DNA of 64,000 bases from Octopus sinensis (Eukaryota): NCBI RefSeq assembly GCF_006345805.1, contig NC_043002.1:119908001-119972000 (forward strand). The letters are read 5' to 3'. Positions 25,660 through 38,519 of this stretch are shown here, one piece after another (the stretch's first letter is position 1; each line of letters opens with the position of its first letter). The notes under the pieces were generated by a model, which saw nothing but the letters and a program-made list of their open reading frames with translations, was not told the DNA's origin and ran no database searches. Both the position numbers and the translations under genes were made by a program.

Positions 25660-25769
25660 ATATGTATGTATGTAATACATGTATACATGTATGCGTGCAT
25701 GTATGTATGGATGGATGGATATAGATAGATAACCAGACAGATAGGTAACTACCTAGATTGATTGATTGA

Positions 25770-25915
25770 TTGATTGAGTAAGTGAGTGAGTTGGTGAGTG
25801 ATTGAGTGAATGAATGAGTGAGTGAGAGAGTGACTGCGTGAGTGAGTGAATGAGCGAGTGAGAGAGTGAGTGCGTGAATGAGTGAGTGAGTAAGTGAGTG
25901 AGTACATAAATACAT
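25770..25915. repeat. (AGTG)n degenerate microsatellite
   Basis: Seen directly. Confidence 0.9.
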
Positions 25916-25952
25916 AGCTACGCGCACACACATTTTCTAATATATGTATGTG

Positions 25953-26386
25953 TGTATAAATATGCGTGGCCAATTGCTTAAAGTCGGGTTCTGGTTTCAA
26001 TGCTCAGATGGTGTGGTACTTTGTTACCCTAAACAAGATACTTCTTTTTATGTTGCTAAACATGAGTTAAGCCTCTAATCGACTAGCATCTCCTACAGTG
26101 ATATCTTGCAATCTCAGGCTAAATATACTACAAAATGAATTGAAAAAATAAGTATGCTTCGTCGGTCTGAATTTGTTTGAGACAGACACCTTATGTATGT
26201 ATGTATGTATGCATGTATGTATGTATGTATGTATGTATGTAGTATCTATGTATGTACGTACGTACGTATGTATATGTAGTATGTATGTATGTATGTATGT
26301 ATGTATGTATGTATGTATTTATGTATGTATGTATGTATGTATGTACGTACGTATGTATGTATGTATGTATGTATGTATGTATGATG

Positions 26387-26417
<31 letters not shown>

Positions 26418-26897
26418 GTATGTATGTAAGTATGTATGTATGTATGTATTTATGTATGTGTGTATAAATATGCGTGGCCAATTGCTTAAAGTCGGGTTCT
26501 GGTTCAATGCTCAGATGGTGTGGTACTTTGTTACCCTAAACAAGATACTTCTTTTTATGTTGCTAAACATGAGTTAAGCCTCTAATCGACTAGCATCTCC
26601 TACAGTGATATCTTGCAATCTCAGGCTAAATATACTACAAAATGAATTGAAAAAATAAGTATGCTTCGTCGGTCTGAATTTGTTTGAGACAGACACCTTA
26701 TGTATGTATGTATGTATGCATGTATGTATGTAGTATGTATGTATGTATGTATCTATGTATGTACGTACGTACGTATGTATGTATGTATGTATGTATGTAT
26801 GTATGTATGTATGTATGTATGTATTTATGTATGTATGTATGTATGTATGTACGTACGTATTTATGTATGCATGTATGTATGTATGTATGTATGTATG

Positions 26898-26928
<31 letters not shown>

Positions 26929-27055
26929 GTACGTATTTAAGTATGTATGTATGTATGTATTTATGTATGTGTGTGTGTATGTATGTATGTATGTATGTAT
27001 GTACGTATGTATTTATGTATGTATGTATATGTATGTATGTATGTATGTATGTATA
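25953..27055. repeat. Tandem duplication, 508-bp period: about 240 bp of non-microsatellite sequence plus (TATG)n, two copies
   Basis: tatgcgtggccaattgc at 25961 and 26469; one single-base indel seen between the copies. Confidence 0.95.
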
Positions 27056-27349
27056 AATTTATGCAAAGCATTAACATATACGCCAAGTGTTTGTCCACAC
27101 ACAATCATACTGTTGTGCGTATATGGAATATTCATGTATAGAGAGTTCAGCTGTGTAAGTGTATACTTCTTTGTATACATATATTAAAGTTCGTTTTGGA
27201 TACCTCATAGCAAAATTTGATATTTCACTGTTATATATATAGATATATATATATTTTGTCTTTTTTTGTTTCAGCTCAGAGCTGCGGCCATGCTGATGCA
27301 CTGCCGTTTTGTGCTACACTGTTATTACGAAGAACCTCCTCTAGAAAAT

Positions 27350-27417
<68 letters not shown>

Positions 27418-27451
27418 TATATATATATGCAATATATATATATACATATAG

Positions 27452-27535
<84 letters not shown>

Positions 27536-27965
27536 TATATATATATAATATATATATATACAGAGAGAGAGAGAGAGAGGATATATATATATATATATAT
27601 AGATATATATATATATATATGTATGTATGTATGTATATATATATATATTATACTATATTACATATTACACCGCCATCTTACTTAAATGTTCTTGTTGAAC
27701 TCTTCAGTATTTCGATTATTGACCTCAATGACCTCTTCACGACACCTTGTCGATATTTCTATTGTTATGATATTCGTTGATAATTTACCATATTCTATAA
27801 ATATAAAGTTTAACTGCTCCTGGCCTCGGTAATATTGACGTATATATTCATTCTTCAGTCCAGTATATGTACATACATGTAGATACGCATGTAGTGTATA
27901 GTGTGAAGAACTATTGTTGTTACCGTTGTGGCGATCACTGAACCTGAAGCAAGATCAGGATGGAT

Positions 27966-28356
27966 GTTAATGGAAGCCCTCCGTCGGTTACGACGATGAG
28001 GGGTCCGGTTGATCCGAATCAACGGAACAGCCTGCTCGTGAAATTAACGTGTAAGTGGCTGAGCACTCCACAGACACGTGCACCCTTAACGTAGTTCTCG
28101 GGGATATTCAGCGTGACACAGAGAGTGACAAGGCCGGCCCTTTGAAATACAGGTACAACAGAAACAGGAAGTAAGAGTGAGAGAAAGTTGTGGTGAAAGA
28201 GTACAGCAGGGATCACCACCATCCCCTGCCGGAGCCTCGTGGAGCTTTAGGTGTTTTCGCTCATTAAACACTCAGAACGCCCGGTCTGGGAATCGAAACC
28301 GCGATCCCATGACCGCGAGGCCGCTGCCCTAACCACTGGGCCATTGCGCCTCCACG
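27966..28356 (-). mobile_element. SINE family C (tRNA head, RTE-like tail) with probable TSD
   Basis: Head gtggaggcgcaatggcccagtggttagggc...ggtttcgattcccag; aggatggat at 27957-27965 and 28357-28365. Confidence 0.9.
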
Positions 28357-28562
28357 AGGATGGATAGAGACTCTAACACAGGTTCAATATTAAGTTATAG
28401 CGAGTAAATTACCTTAATGATACAGCTACATCGTTTACGGATTGTGTCAGATTACGAATGTTTATTATTGGTTGTGATTGTTCTCATTCTCAGTCCAAAT
28501 GTCTTCCAATAACATATGGTGCTGACTCACTATGTGGAGGCGCAATGGCCCAGTGGTTAGGG

Positions 28563-28800
28563 CTCATATCCTACGCAAAATACTCTCTATGTAATCTCAA
28601 GTTTTAAAACAAGCATAATTTTCGTATGGTTTTTTTTTTAGACATTCACTAGTAAAACACTAAATACAAAACCAAATATATGGCACACTAGGCATAACAA
28701 CAACACGAACTTCCAACCTGTTGTCTCTTGAGGTCTCTGGGTGAGACTTGGAGCCAACTTGTACAAATATAAAGCAAAAGTCAAACATAGAATAATAATA
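28563..28800 (+). mobile_element. 3' end of a second R4/Dong-type LINE family with (TAA)n tail
   Basis: Terminal peptide HILRKILSM* (cf. GTAHILRK.L), then the 3' UTR gaggtctctgggtgagacttggagccaac...caaacatag and (aat)n. Confidence 0.75.
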
Positions 28801-28842
28801 ATAATAATGATGATGATGATGATGATGATGATGATAATAAAG

Positions 28843-29430
28843 CCATCATGACCAAGATGCGTGCAGGGTGACAAAACCATTATGCACACACTCGTCCACT
28901 CCTCAAACGTTGCCAAACTGTTGGTTTCTGTCGAACACCTGTTGTCACATGTGAGATGGATATGGCTATCAACTGATTCCATCGGCAAGACTGCCGCACC
29001 GCCCTTTGTTTTTTAACCAGCAAGTGTATGCAGTTGTTATATGCCTGCCAGCCTTGGTGAAAGAGGTTGTATGGAGGATGCAATTGAGGGCGCTGAAGAC
29101 AATCACTTTCCTCTTTGTCCGATCAATCAGCAACTTCTTCAAGATTCACTTGAAGATGAAAATAATGGTCGAAAGTGAAGTATTGGTTTCCAGTAATTTT
29201 ACTGAAATGTCACCGAGAGTCGCATGTATAGTGCGAGTGAACGGTGCTGTCCTGAACATACACAGCTGATAAAAGGCACCTACCCCAGAAATCAGGGTAC
29301 CCGTGGTTTTGTAGGGGTTTTTGGGTAAACCTGTTTAGATACAAAACCCTCAGCCCATCACATGCAAACACTTGGAAATCCACTCAATATGTTGTCCTTT
29401 CCCATCCTTAATGCTTTTTAAAATAATTAT
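28843..29430 (+). mobile_element. Tx1/L1-clade LINE 3' fragment
   Basis: Decayed zinc knuckle (*PRCVQGDKTIMHTLVHS), then CLPALVKEVVW...NFFKIHLK (ORF 29006-29269). Confidence 0.6.
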
Positions 29431-29484
29431 AATAATACTAATATTAATAATAATTATGATCCTTTCTAATATAGGCTCTAGGCC

Positions 29485-29488
<4 letters not shown>

Positions 29489-29545
<57 letters not shown>

Positions 29546-29577
29546 TAATAATAATAATAATAATAATGATGATGATG

Positions 29578-29620
<43 letters not shown>

Positions 29621-29628
29621 TGATAATG

Positions 29629-29673
<45 letters not shown>

Positions 29674-29735
29674 TTGATAATGATAATATAATAATAATAA
29701 TAATGATGATGATGATGATGATGATGATAATAATA

Positions 29736-29769
<34 letters not shown>

Positions 29770-29860
29770 TAATGATGATGATGATAATAATAATAATAAT
29801 AATGATGATGATGATGATGATGATGATATAATAATAATAATAATAATGATGATGATGATG

Positions 29861-29909
<49 letters not shown>

Positions 29910-30120
29910 TAATAATGATAATGTTAATAATAATAATAATAATAATAATAATTCTTATCATCATCACCATCATCATCATCACCATTATCATAAATATCAT
30001 TATCATTATTATTGTTGTTGTTGTTGTTGATGCTGTTGTTATTTTTGTTGTTGTTGTTGATGATGTAACTATTTTGATTATTATGAGGATTACGATTATT
30101 ACTGCTATTATGAGATTACG
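29489..30120. repeat. About 630-bp compound trinucleotide array (ATA/ATG/ATC/TTG)
   Basis: Seen directly. Confidence 0.97.
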
Positions 30121-31086
30121 ATGAAGGTAATGATAATAACAATTATGTTAAGACGGCATGGCAAATAAAAAGATGAAGAGTTAAAAATAACGTAGCATAA
30201 ATTTGTGGTTGTCCTAATATGAAGGTGCTCTGATCTGCTATCGATCGTTCAATCTGTATACAACACAAAATTGGTGAGCGTTATAAAGGTCAAGTTGAAA
30301 TCAATAACATTTTAACAATGTACTTTTTATGCGCTAGATTTTTTTTTTATTCTTATTAAAAACATTGAGGATTTTTAATGGCTCGAAACTCTATCAAAAT
30401 TTGTTCCAAATTTAGTCAGATGCGATCAGGCTGAAACTTCCCAAAGCACTGATGTTGTTGTTGTTATTGATTGTGTTGTTTTTGATGTGACTGTTAAGAA
30501 CTCTTTGTGTTGATACTTTGTTATTTTTTGAAATTTTAATGTTTGTAAGGAATTTTTTATATATATTGCATATTTTGTCTCGTTGTTGCATATTCCCATC
30601 TAACATTTGAGCAACTGTAAGTGCGTGCATGAGTATATGTATATGTGTGTGAGTATACGTATATATATATATATATACGTTTATGTATACTATTTTCCTT
30701 TGAATATTTCTTAATAATTTCCCTATCTTATATTTTTCAAGCAAATTTTTGAACTCAGTAATTGCCATGTACCCACACACACACGCACACATAAACACAC
30801 TCAAACACACATGCGCATATACGTATACATAAACAGAAAAATGCGAAAGTATCAAATACCATGCAAAATAAATTTTTGATTTATTGAAATCATCTCCGCC
30901 CTTAGATGATGTATTATAATTACTAAATAGCAATTAATACCAGCTCCACTTAAAAAGGGGATATAACCTTACCTATAGCATCTTAAACCCGTTTGAACTT
31001 CCCAGCACCTGTGTGTGTGTGAGTTTCATTATATATATATATATATATGAGAGTATTGTAGTTCGCTTGAAGCATTGCTTATTGTT

Positions 31087-31312
31087 TGTAAAGAATAAAA
31101 TATTTTGAATGACACAACAATGCAATATAATACAAACAATGGACAATAATTACTGTTGTAATCTAATCTCCATCAATTCCTAGGGATATTTATAGAAGGA
31201 ATTTTATTCCAAAATATATCAGACTGTGGATGATGAAATTACAACAGTTATTCTAGTCCATTTTTGTATTATAGTGCATTGTTGTGTCATTCAAAATATT
31301 TTATTCTTTACA
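31087..31312. repeat. Inverted repeat, arms about 75 bp, spacer about 78 bp
   Basis: tgtaaagaataaaatattttgaatgacacaacaatgca and its reverse complement. Confidence 0.9.
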
Positions 31313-31369
31313 CACACACACACACAGTCATATATATATGTATATATATATATATATATAAAAAATGTA

Positions 31370-31818
31370 AAATGTAAACGCAATAGACCTGACATAGTAA
31401 TCTGAGATATGGAAGAGAAACTGCAAGTTGTGGAAATCAGCTGACCAGCGAATGTTACCAAGAAGCTAAAGATCTGCAATAGAGAAAACACCCTCGCTGA
31501 AATATTGAGGAATCTACAACTACTCTATCCAGATTACAAGTTCAGGTTTATACCTGTAATTATTGGAGTGCTGGGATATGTAACACACTTCCTAAATACT
31601 AATCTTGAGAAATTAGTCTTCTCAAAACCAGAAAAGAGAAAGCTGATTCTAAGACGACAGATCTAACTAGAACTAACCATTACTAGAACTGTAAAAATCT
31701 GTAAAACTTTCCAGAAGTTTATCCTTTAAGTATATATGAGCATGTCTAGACGTGCAACTATATGCATGAGAATACATACATAAAACAATGCATATAAACT
31801 TTGCACATATACGCACAT
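31370..31818 (+). mobile_element. R4/Dong-type LINE 3' fragment encoding a restriction-like endonuclease
   Basis: In frame: KCKRNRPDIVI*DMEEKLQVVEIS*PAN...YPDYKFRFIPVIIGVLGYV (RPD..E..P and IIGxLG motifs); two TGA stops; followed by (CATA)n to about 31975. Confidence 0.88.
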
Positions 31819-31821
31819 GCA

Positions 31822-31855
<34 letters not shown>

Positions 31856-32209
31856 CATACATACATACATACGTACGTACGTACGTACGTACGTACGTAC
31901 ATACATACATACATACATACATACATACACACATACATACATACATACATACATACATACATACATACATACATAGAGTAAAATTAGTGAATTTTAATTT
32001 CCTTAGCTTGCAGTGGTTACTAGATTAAGGCATTTCACCCGTTAATCTGAAATATATGTCAAGCTATATAGCACAATAAGAAATGCAGTCTTCATTCTCT
32101 TGTCATTAGGATATATGCGGCTTCAAACACGCTTCTCATTAAGTATAGACAGACAGCACATAGATCAAAAGTTATAACGATACATGCTGGAACAGATAAA
32201 AAAATTATA

Positions 32210-33866
32210 ACAATAGATGACACACAATATCTAATGAGTTAAAAACCACACTCTAAACTATAAAAAGTTTAGATACTGGAGAAAATATTTAATACAGACG
32301 AAGAGCAATGGCACTAGAGATTACAGACTTACTATCTTCCAACATCACAGATGACTGGTTCTACAGGTAATCCAGTACACTTAGTACGTGATCACATATT
32401 TACGACACATACATACACGTCAATTAGAAATGCTTTTACACAAATCCACTTGGGAATGTGGCAATATAAAACATGATGGACTTAATATGATGTTAATTTA
32501 GACTAATTATATCTTCCAATAAATAACCATAGAAACAGAAGGTAAATATTTCACTTCCCATGCGACCTATGTTGTTTTTCACCTACGCATATTATGTTCA
32601 TAACTTTCTAGAATACATTGGTTGCGGTTATTATACATTAGCTTGAAATGGAGTCGTTCAGAGTGTATGTCTCTACACTTCAATTTTCTCTCTATTCCTT
32701 TAAACTCAAAATCCATCAATTTCTCTCCTTTATATACATAAGCAGATCAAAAGAGAAAAAAAAAACAGGAAAAAACAACAAAAGTTAATTGGACGTACAT
32801 ACTGAATATAATAGATAGAAGCTCAGTAGAAGTTTTAGATGGAAAAATAGTAGTGAGATTTCGAACATGGCTTTTAGTCGGAAAGCCGAAAAAGTCCAGT
32901 TAAGAGGAAAAGGAGGAAGAATTCCGAGAAAAGCATGTGTGTTGTTATACGACCGAGACACACATATTTATATTTATTTATATATAAATGTATATACATA
33001 TTTACATGCATGCATGTAATAATGCATATATATATATATATATATGTTATAACGATAGATGACACAATATCTAATGAGTTAGAAACCACACTCTAGACTA
33101 TAACAAGTTTAGATACTGGAGAAAATATTTAATACAGACGAAGAGCAATGGCACTAGAGATTACAGACTTACTATCTTCCAACATCACAGATGACTGGTT
33201 CTACAGGTAATCCAGTACACTTAGTACGTGATCACATATTTACGACACATACATACACGTCAATTAGAAATGCTTTTACACAAATCCACTTGGGAATGTG
33301 GCAATATAAAACATGATGGACTTAATATGATGTTAATTTAGACTAATTATATCTTCCAATAAATAACCATAGAAACAGAAGGTAAATATTTCACTTCCCA
33401 TGCGACCTATGTTGTTTTTCACCTACGCATATTATGTTCATAACTTTCTAGAATACATTGGTTGCGGTTATTATACATTAGCTTGAAATGGAGTCGTTCA
33501 GAGTGTATGTCTCTACACTTCAATTTTCTCTCTATTCCTTTAAACTAAAAATCCATCAATTTCTCTCCTTTATATACATAAGCAGATCAAAAGAGAAAAA
33601 AAAAACAGGAAAAAACAACAAAAGTTAATTGGACGTACATACTGAATATAATAGATAGAAGCTCAGTAGAAGTTTTAGATGGAAAAATAGTAGTGAGATT
33701 TCGAACATGGCTTTTAGTCGGAAAGCCGAAAAAGTCCAGTTAAGAGGAAAAGGAGGAAGAATTCCGAGAAAAGCATGTGTGTTGTTATACGACCGAGACA
33801 CACATATTTATATTTATTTATATATAAATGTATATACATATTTACATGCATGCATGCATGTAATAA

Positions 33867-33902
<36 letters not shown>

Positions 33903-34090
33903 ATACGATAGATGACACAATATTTAATGAGTTAGAAACTACACTCTATACTATTCAGTTTAGATATTGGAGAAAATATATAGTACAGACCAAAATCAAT
34001 GACACTAGAGATTACAGATTAACTATCTTCCAACATATCAAATGGCTGGTTCTACAAATTATTCAGTACAGTTAGTACGTGATCATATAA
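32210..34090. repeat. 840-bp tandem duplication bounded by three copies of a ~180-bp repeat
   Basis: gatgacac..aatat at about 32216, 33058 and 33911; the spacer is duplicated with offset 840. Confidence 0.92.
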
Positions 34091-34440
34091 TTACATCAAC
34101 GATGTACCTACGCTACACGTGTTACGTAAGGCCACAAAGCCTACGTAAACCTTGTTATGGGATCCCCAACGCGGCCAGTTTGCGGAGTGAATATCTGCAG
34201 CAATTATAGGCTATCCTACTTCCTCTCACGGGTAGTACGGCCACTCTTGAAATATCCCTGGATGTCTATGTGAGCACAGAGGATCTCTTCTGTAGAATCT
34301 GTAGTTGTAACCACTCCAATGACCTCGCTGGTTTTGTAGTAGATAGTATGGATGCAGTTTCACTCTACTCATCTATAGACATAGATTGTGCTGTGAAAAC
34401 ATGCATTGAGATTATCTGTGAGAGTGAAGTTATATATATG
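34090..34440 (+). pseudogene. Penelope-like reverse transcriptase fragment
   Basis: With frameshifts: PTLHVLRK-HK...PTRPVCG...LSYFLS...STEDL...VDSMDAVSLYSSID (PLE motifs LRKDHK, RPV, SMD..SLY.SI). Confidence 0.8.
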
Positions 34441-34740
34441 TATACCAGAGTAAGTTCATCAATGTGAAACATGGTGGGGAAAATAATATTTGAATATTGG
34501 AGGTAGAGTAATAGTATTATTAAAGCTGCAAAATACATCACAAAAAAACTGCAACTCGTTTCCCGTTCCCGTTCATCTGACAGTTGTGATTGAGAATGGA
34601 ACAAGGAATACGTTGTACGTATGATATATTATAATGTAATTCACATTGACAGATGCACGTTTGGATTTCATTGGTGGTTTTAACTGACGGCTTTGATCAG
34701 AAGCGGTGAATATGTATATATATATACATATATATATATA

Positions 34741-34955
34741 GTTAATCCAAACAAGAAAACACAAAAAACACAGCAACACAAAACGTGGAACAAATAAAGT
34801 ATTATTGGACGCTCAGGAAAGAAGGGAAGAAAGAGGGTTTAACGTTTTGAGCGGAGCTCTTCGTCGGAAACAAAGGAGAAGGAAAGATCCCGAGGAGGGA
34901 AGACAGAGGAAAAAAATTGCTGGCGGTGCTCACGAGGTCACATGTTGAAAGCATG
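34741..34955 (-). mobile_element. Short Penelope-type element with minimal hammerhead, copy 2 (G12 mutated)
   Basis: Same fixed end after (TA)n; motif at 34837-34871 reads gctc-AAAAC instead of GAAAC. Confidence 0.75.
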
Positions 34956-35084
34956 TATATATATATATGTGTGTGTGTATGTATGTATGTATGTTGGTAT
35001 TGTGTTAACTGACAGATAAAGGAGTACTCAATATCATAGCAAAAAGTACTAGTATATTTTATCATTAATAGATCCTAAAAGGCT

Positions 35085-35300
35085 GAGACCTGGCAGAATC
35101 GTCAGCATTCCGAACGAAATGCTTTGCAGCGTCTCGTCCTTCCTTATGCTGTTAGCTCAAATTCAACCGAGGTCTACTTTGCCTTTCATCTCTTCGGGGT
35201 TGATAAATTAAATACTAGTGACACATTAGGGCCGATGTAATCGACTGGTCCCCACCTGTAAAATTTCAGGTCTTGTACCTTTTGTAGAAAAGATTATTAA
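35085..35300 (+). mobile_element. Diverged SINE family A variant
   Basis: ctggcagaatcgtcagc...ctttgcctttcatctcttcggggttgataaatt. Confidence 0.75.
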
Positions 35301-36545
35301 TAGATCCTTTGCAAACACAAGTGAAGCAGAGATTATAAAATCATTTTATGCTCTATTTTACATTATATACTGTACATATATATATATATTTATTATGTAG
35401 CATATTTTATACGCGCACACAAACATAAGGCAACCATCTCATTCTATCGTTGCTATTTTATCTTTCACATTTTGTTTACACTTCATTACTGTTGAAACAT
35501 AAAAGTTAGTCTCTCTTGCGACATTTCTCCTATTTCACTGACACCATTTCTATGATAAGTGTTCGTTTTTGGCGAATGTTGTTGCTATTTTTCTCGACAC
35601 GAGAATCACGGGATTCGTATTGTGATGTTTAACGCATTTGCAAACATACGATTATTGCACTCTGAATTTGAAAGTCAGGGAGTGGTCTTTGTTTGGTAGT
35701 AGCGTGTGTAAGTAAACGGGTACGTTTACGTTGCGGTGAGTTATTAATATAGCTCTCCTATTAACTTTCTTGATTTTTGGACAAAATTTCTATAGGTTTG
35801 TTTAATATTTTTCTATTTAATTTCCTTTTAAGTTGCGATATTTAGCGAAGGTCAATTATTTTCTGTAAACAATGCATGAGAAGTCGACAGAGAAAGTATC
35901 GAACTAATACGAACTTATGCAAACGTTTGAATCACGAAGGACACAACTTGCATATATGTATACAATGAAATTTTCTGAGCAACGTGTTGGGTCGTGCTAC
36001 GTTGTTGTAAGAGGAGAGATTTTATATCGGAGTTTCAAAAATATGCTCTTATCGATCCGATGTAGTACAGTATATGCTTCGTTTTATGGGCATTTTTATA
36101 TTTTATCCACGTGTTCTAGAGGTAGGGTGCATTAGGTTCATGTAAAACACTTCACATGCGGTCTGTTTGTGTTAGATATATTTTATATTTCTTTATAGGC
36201 TGTGCTATAAATATGTTTGCATATCTATTATTAATTTGCATTACATGTATTCTCTGTTTTTCTGCTCAATCAGCAGCAACTAGAACTACACGAAAGAGAA
36301 AGAGACGAAGAATGTAGTGTTATGTATGTGTGCGTGTATGCATACACAATTGCATACATATATATTAATTATTATGAAAGTAGATGCATATATAGATACT
36401 GATACGTATTTGTGCATATGCGTATATGAATATATTATGTATGTACATATATATAAGCAAACACACGTATATACATACACACACACACACACATACACAC
36501 ACATATATATATATATATATATATGAATATATATATATATATATA

Positions 36546-36594
<49 letters not shown>

Positions 36595-36631
36595 GTATGC
36601 ATATATATATATATATATGTATGTATGTATG

Positions 36632-36664
<33 letters not shown>

Positions 36665-36958
36665 GTATGTATGTATGTATGTTTAAACATTAGTGTATGC
36701 AAAGAAAACTTGTATAAGCAGTTAAAAAACGGGAAGAACTTAAACTCCAATGGAAACGAAGACGAATTTGATAGCAAATTTGCCTCTACTCTCGGTTTTC
36801 TGTTTCCTCCCATTCCCCGCTTCCTCGGAGTATCTTGGTCTTTAAACTTGATTGAAAAAATCCTGAATTTAGTTTACATGTTCCTGTACACGTGTACGCG
36901 TATGAATCTACGTATGTGCGTATGAATGTTCATACATATTTATGCACGCATATATATA

Positions 36959-37324
36959 TTAGGTCTGAACAATAAGTATCCGGATTGTTGCCATAGTAAC
37001 ATAGCTAAAGCACGTAGATTAAAACTGCTTGGCAAAGATTAATGTTCAAGCTCACTTCCGCTTGGAATGAAGGTGTGTAGCGTGTGATCATCGCATTCAC
37101 CATGAGAAAGTTGTCATGACGATACGCAAAGTCAGAGGACTACGTAAAGTTCCTGGAAGTGTATGGAGAGGAGTGTATGAGCCGTAGACAAGTTTACGGG
37201 CGGGTGAGACCTTTTCGAGATGGCCGAAAAAATGTCGATATTGACGAACGTTTTGGGAGACCCGCAACCAAAAGAAATGAGAAAAACATTGTAGATGTGC
37301 GTGCGGCTGTGAGGGAAAATCGCC

Positions 37325-37328
<4 letters not shown>
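36959..37328 (+). mobile_element. mariner 5' fragment
   Basis: TIR-like ggtctgaacaataagtatccgga; ORF 37159 VYGEECMSRRQVY...DERFGRP...NIVDVRAAVRENR. Confidence 0.85.
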
Positions 37329-37419
<91 letters not shown>

Positions 37420-37422
<3 letters not shown>

Positions 37423-37754
37423 AAGGCGCATGGCTCAGTGGTTAGAGCATCGAGCTTACGATCGTGAGGTTGTGAGTTCGAATCCCGAACCGGGTTGCAT
37501 GTTGTGTTCTTGAGCAAGGCACTTTATTTCACGTTGCTCCAGTTCACTCAGCTGTAGAAATGAGTTACGACGTCACTGGTGCCAAGCTGTATCGGCCTTT
37601 GCTTTTCCCTTGGATAACACTGGTAGCGTGGAGAGGGGAGGCCGGTATGCATGGATGACTGCTGATCTCCCATTAACAACCTTGCCCGGACTTGTGCCTG
37701 GGAGGGTAACTTTCTAGGTGCAATGCCATGGGCAGTCATGACCGAAGGGGTCTC
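37420..37754 (+). mobile_element. SINE family D (tRNA head), flanked by (TA)n
   Basis: A box tggctcagtgg, B box gagttcgaatcc, then gtgttcttgagcaaggcacttt. Confidence 0.88.
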
Positions 37755-37755
37755 A

Positions 37756-37793
<38 letters not shown>

Positions 37794-38124
37794 TATACGT
37801 GAGTGTGTGTGCATATATATAGATGTATATATACATATATACCTTATGTATTTACACATACATATAATCCAACATTATAATATCCGTAAGTTGATGAATA
37901 AACTAAATTTGTTTCTCCATTTTCTTATCTGTATTATAAATTTACGGTAAAATTATTTCATTACCTGCACCCATTAATACAATAAATGAGTTAATTGCAT
38001 TGCAATTAAAGCATTTATGTATTAAGAATTTGGGTACTTTACCAACAGTATATTGGATAAATGATATCCCATAGTGGGTTACACTCATAACCCCTATCTT
38101 ACTTTGTACACATACAAATATATA

Positions 38125-38506
38125 TTCTTTTATACTTTTACTTCTTTCGGTCATTCGACTGCGGCCATGCTGGAGCAATACCTTTTGGTCGAGGAAATCG
38201 ATCCCAGGACTTATTCTTTGTAAGCCTAGTACTTATCTTACCGCTCCCTTTTGCCGAAACGCTAGATTACTAAGACATAAACACGCCGACATCTGTTGTC
38301 AATCGATGTTGGTAGGGATAAACACAGACACACACATAAATATATAAATTTATATATGTGATGAGCTTCTTTTCAGTTTCCGTCTACCAAATCCACTCAC
38401 AAGGCTTCGGGCGGCCCGAGGCTATAGTACACAACACTTGCGCAAGGTGCTACGCAGTGTGACTGAACTCAGAGCAAGCTTCTTACCATACGGCCATGCC
38501 TGCGCC
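38125..38506 (-). mobile_element. SINE family B
   Basis: Aligns with 49066-49445. Confidence 0.88.
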
Positions 38507-38519
38507 TATATCATATCAA

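Noticed and set aside
25953-27055. Repeat-spacer pattern resembling CRISPR
   Set aside because: Eukaryotic microsatellite context, 500-bp period, identical 'spacers', and no cas genes
35720-35745. Strong donor-like cg|gtgagt
   Set aside because: An isolated motif without an identifiable exon
37420-37500. tRNA-like heads (also at 28280-28355, 1134 and 49445)
   Set aside because: They continue into multi-copy SINE bodies and lack a complete cloverleaf and 3' terminator
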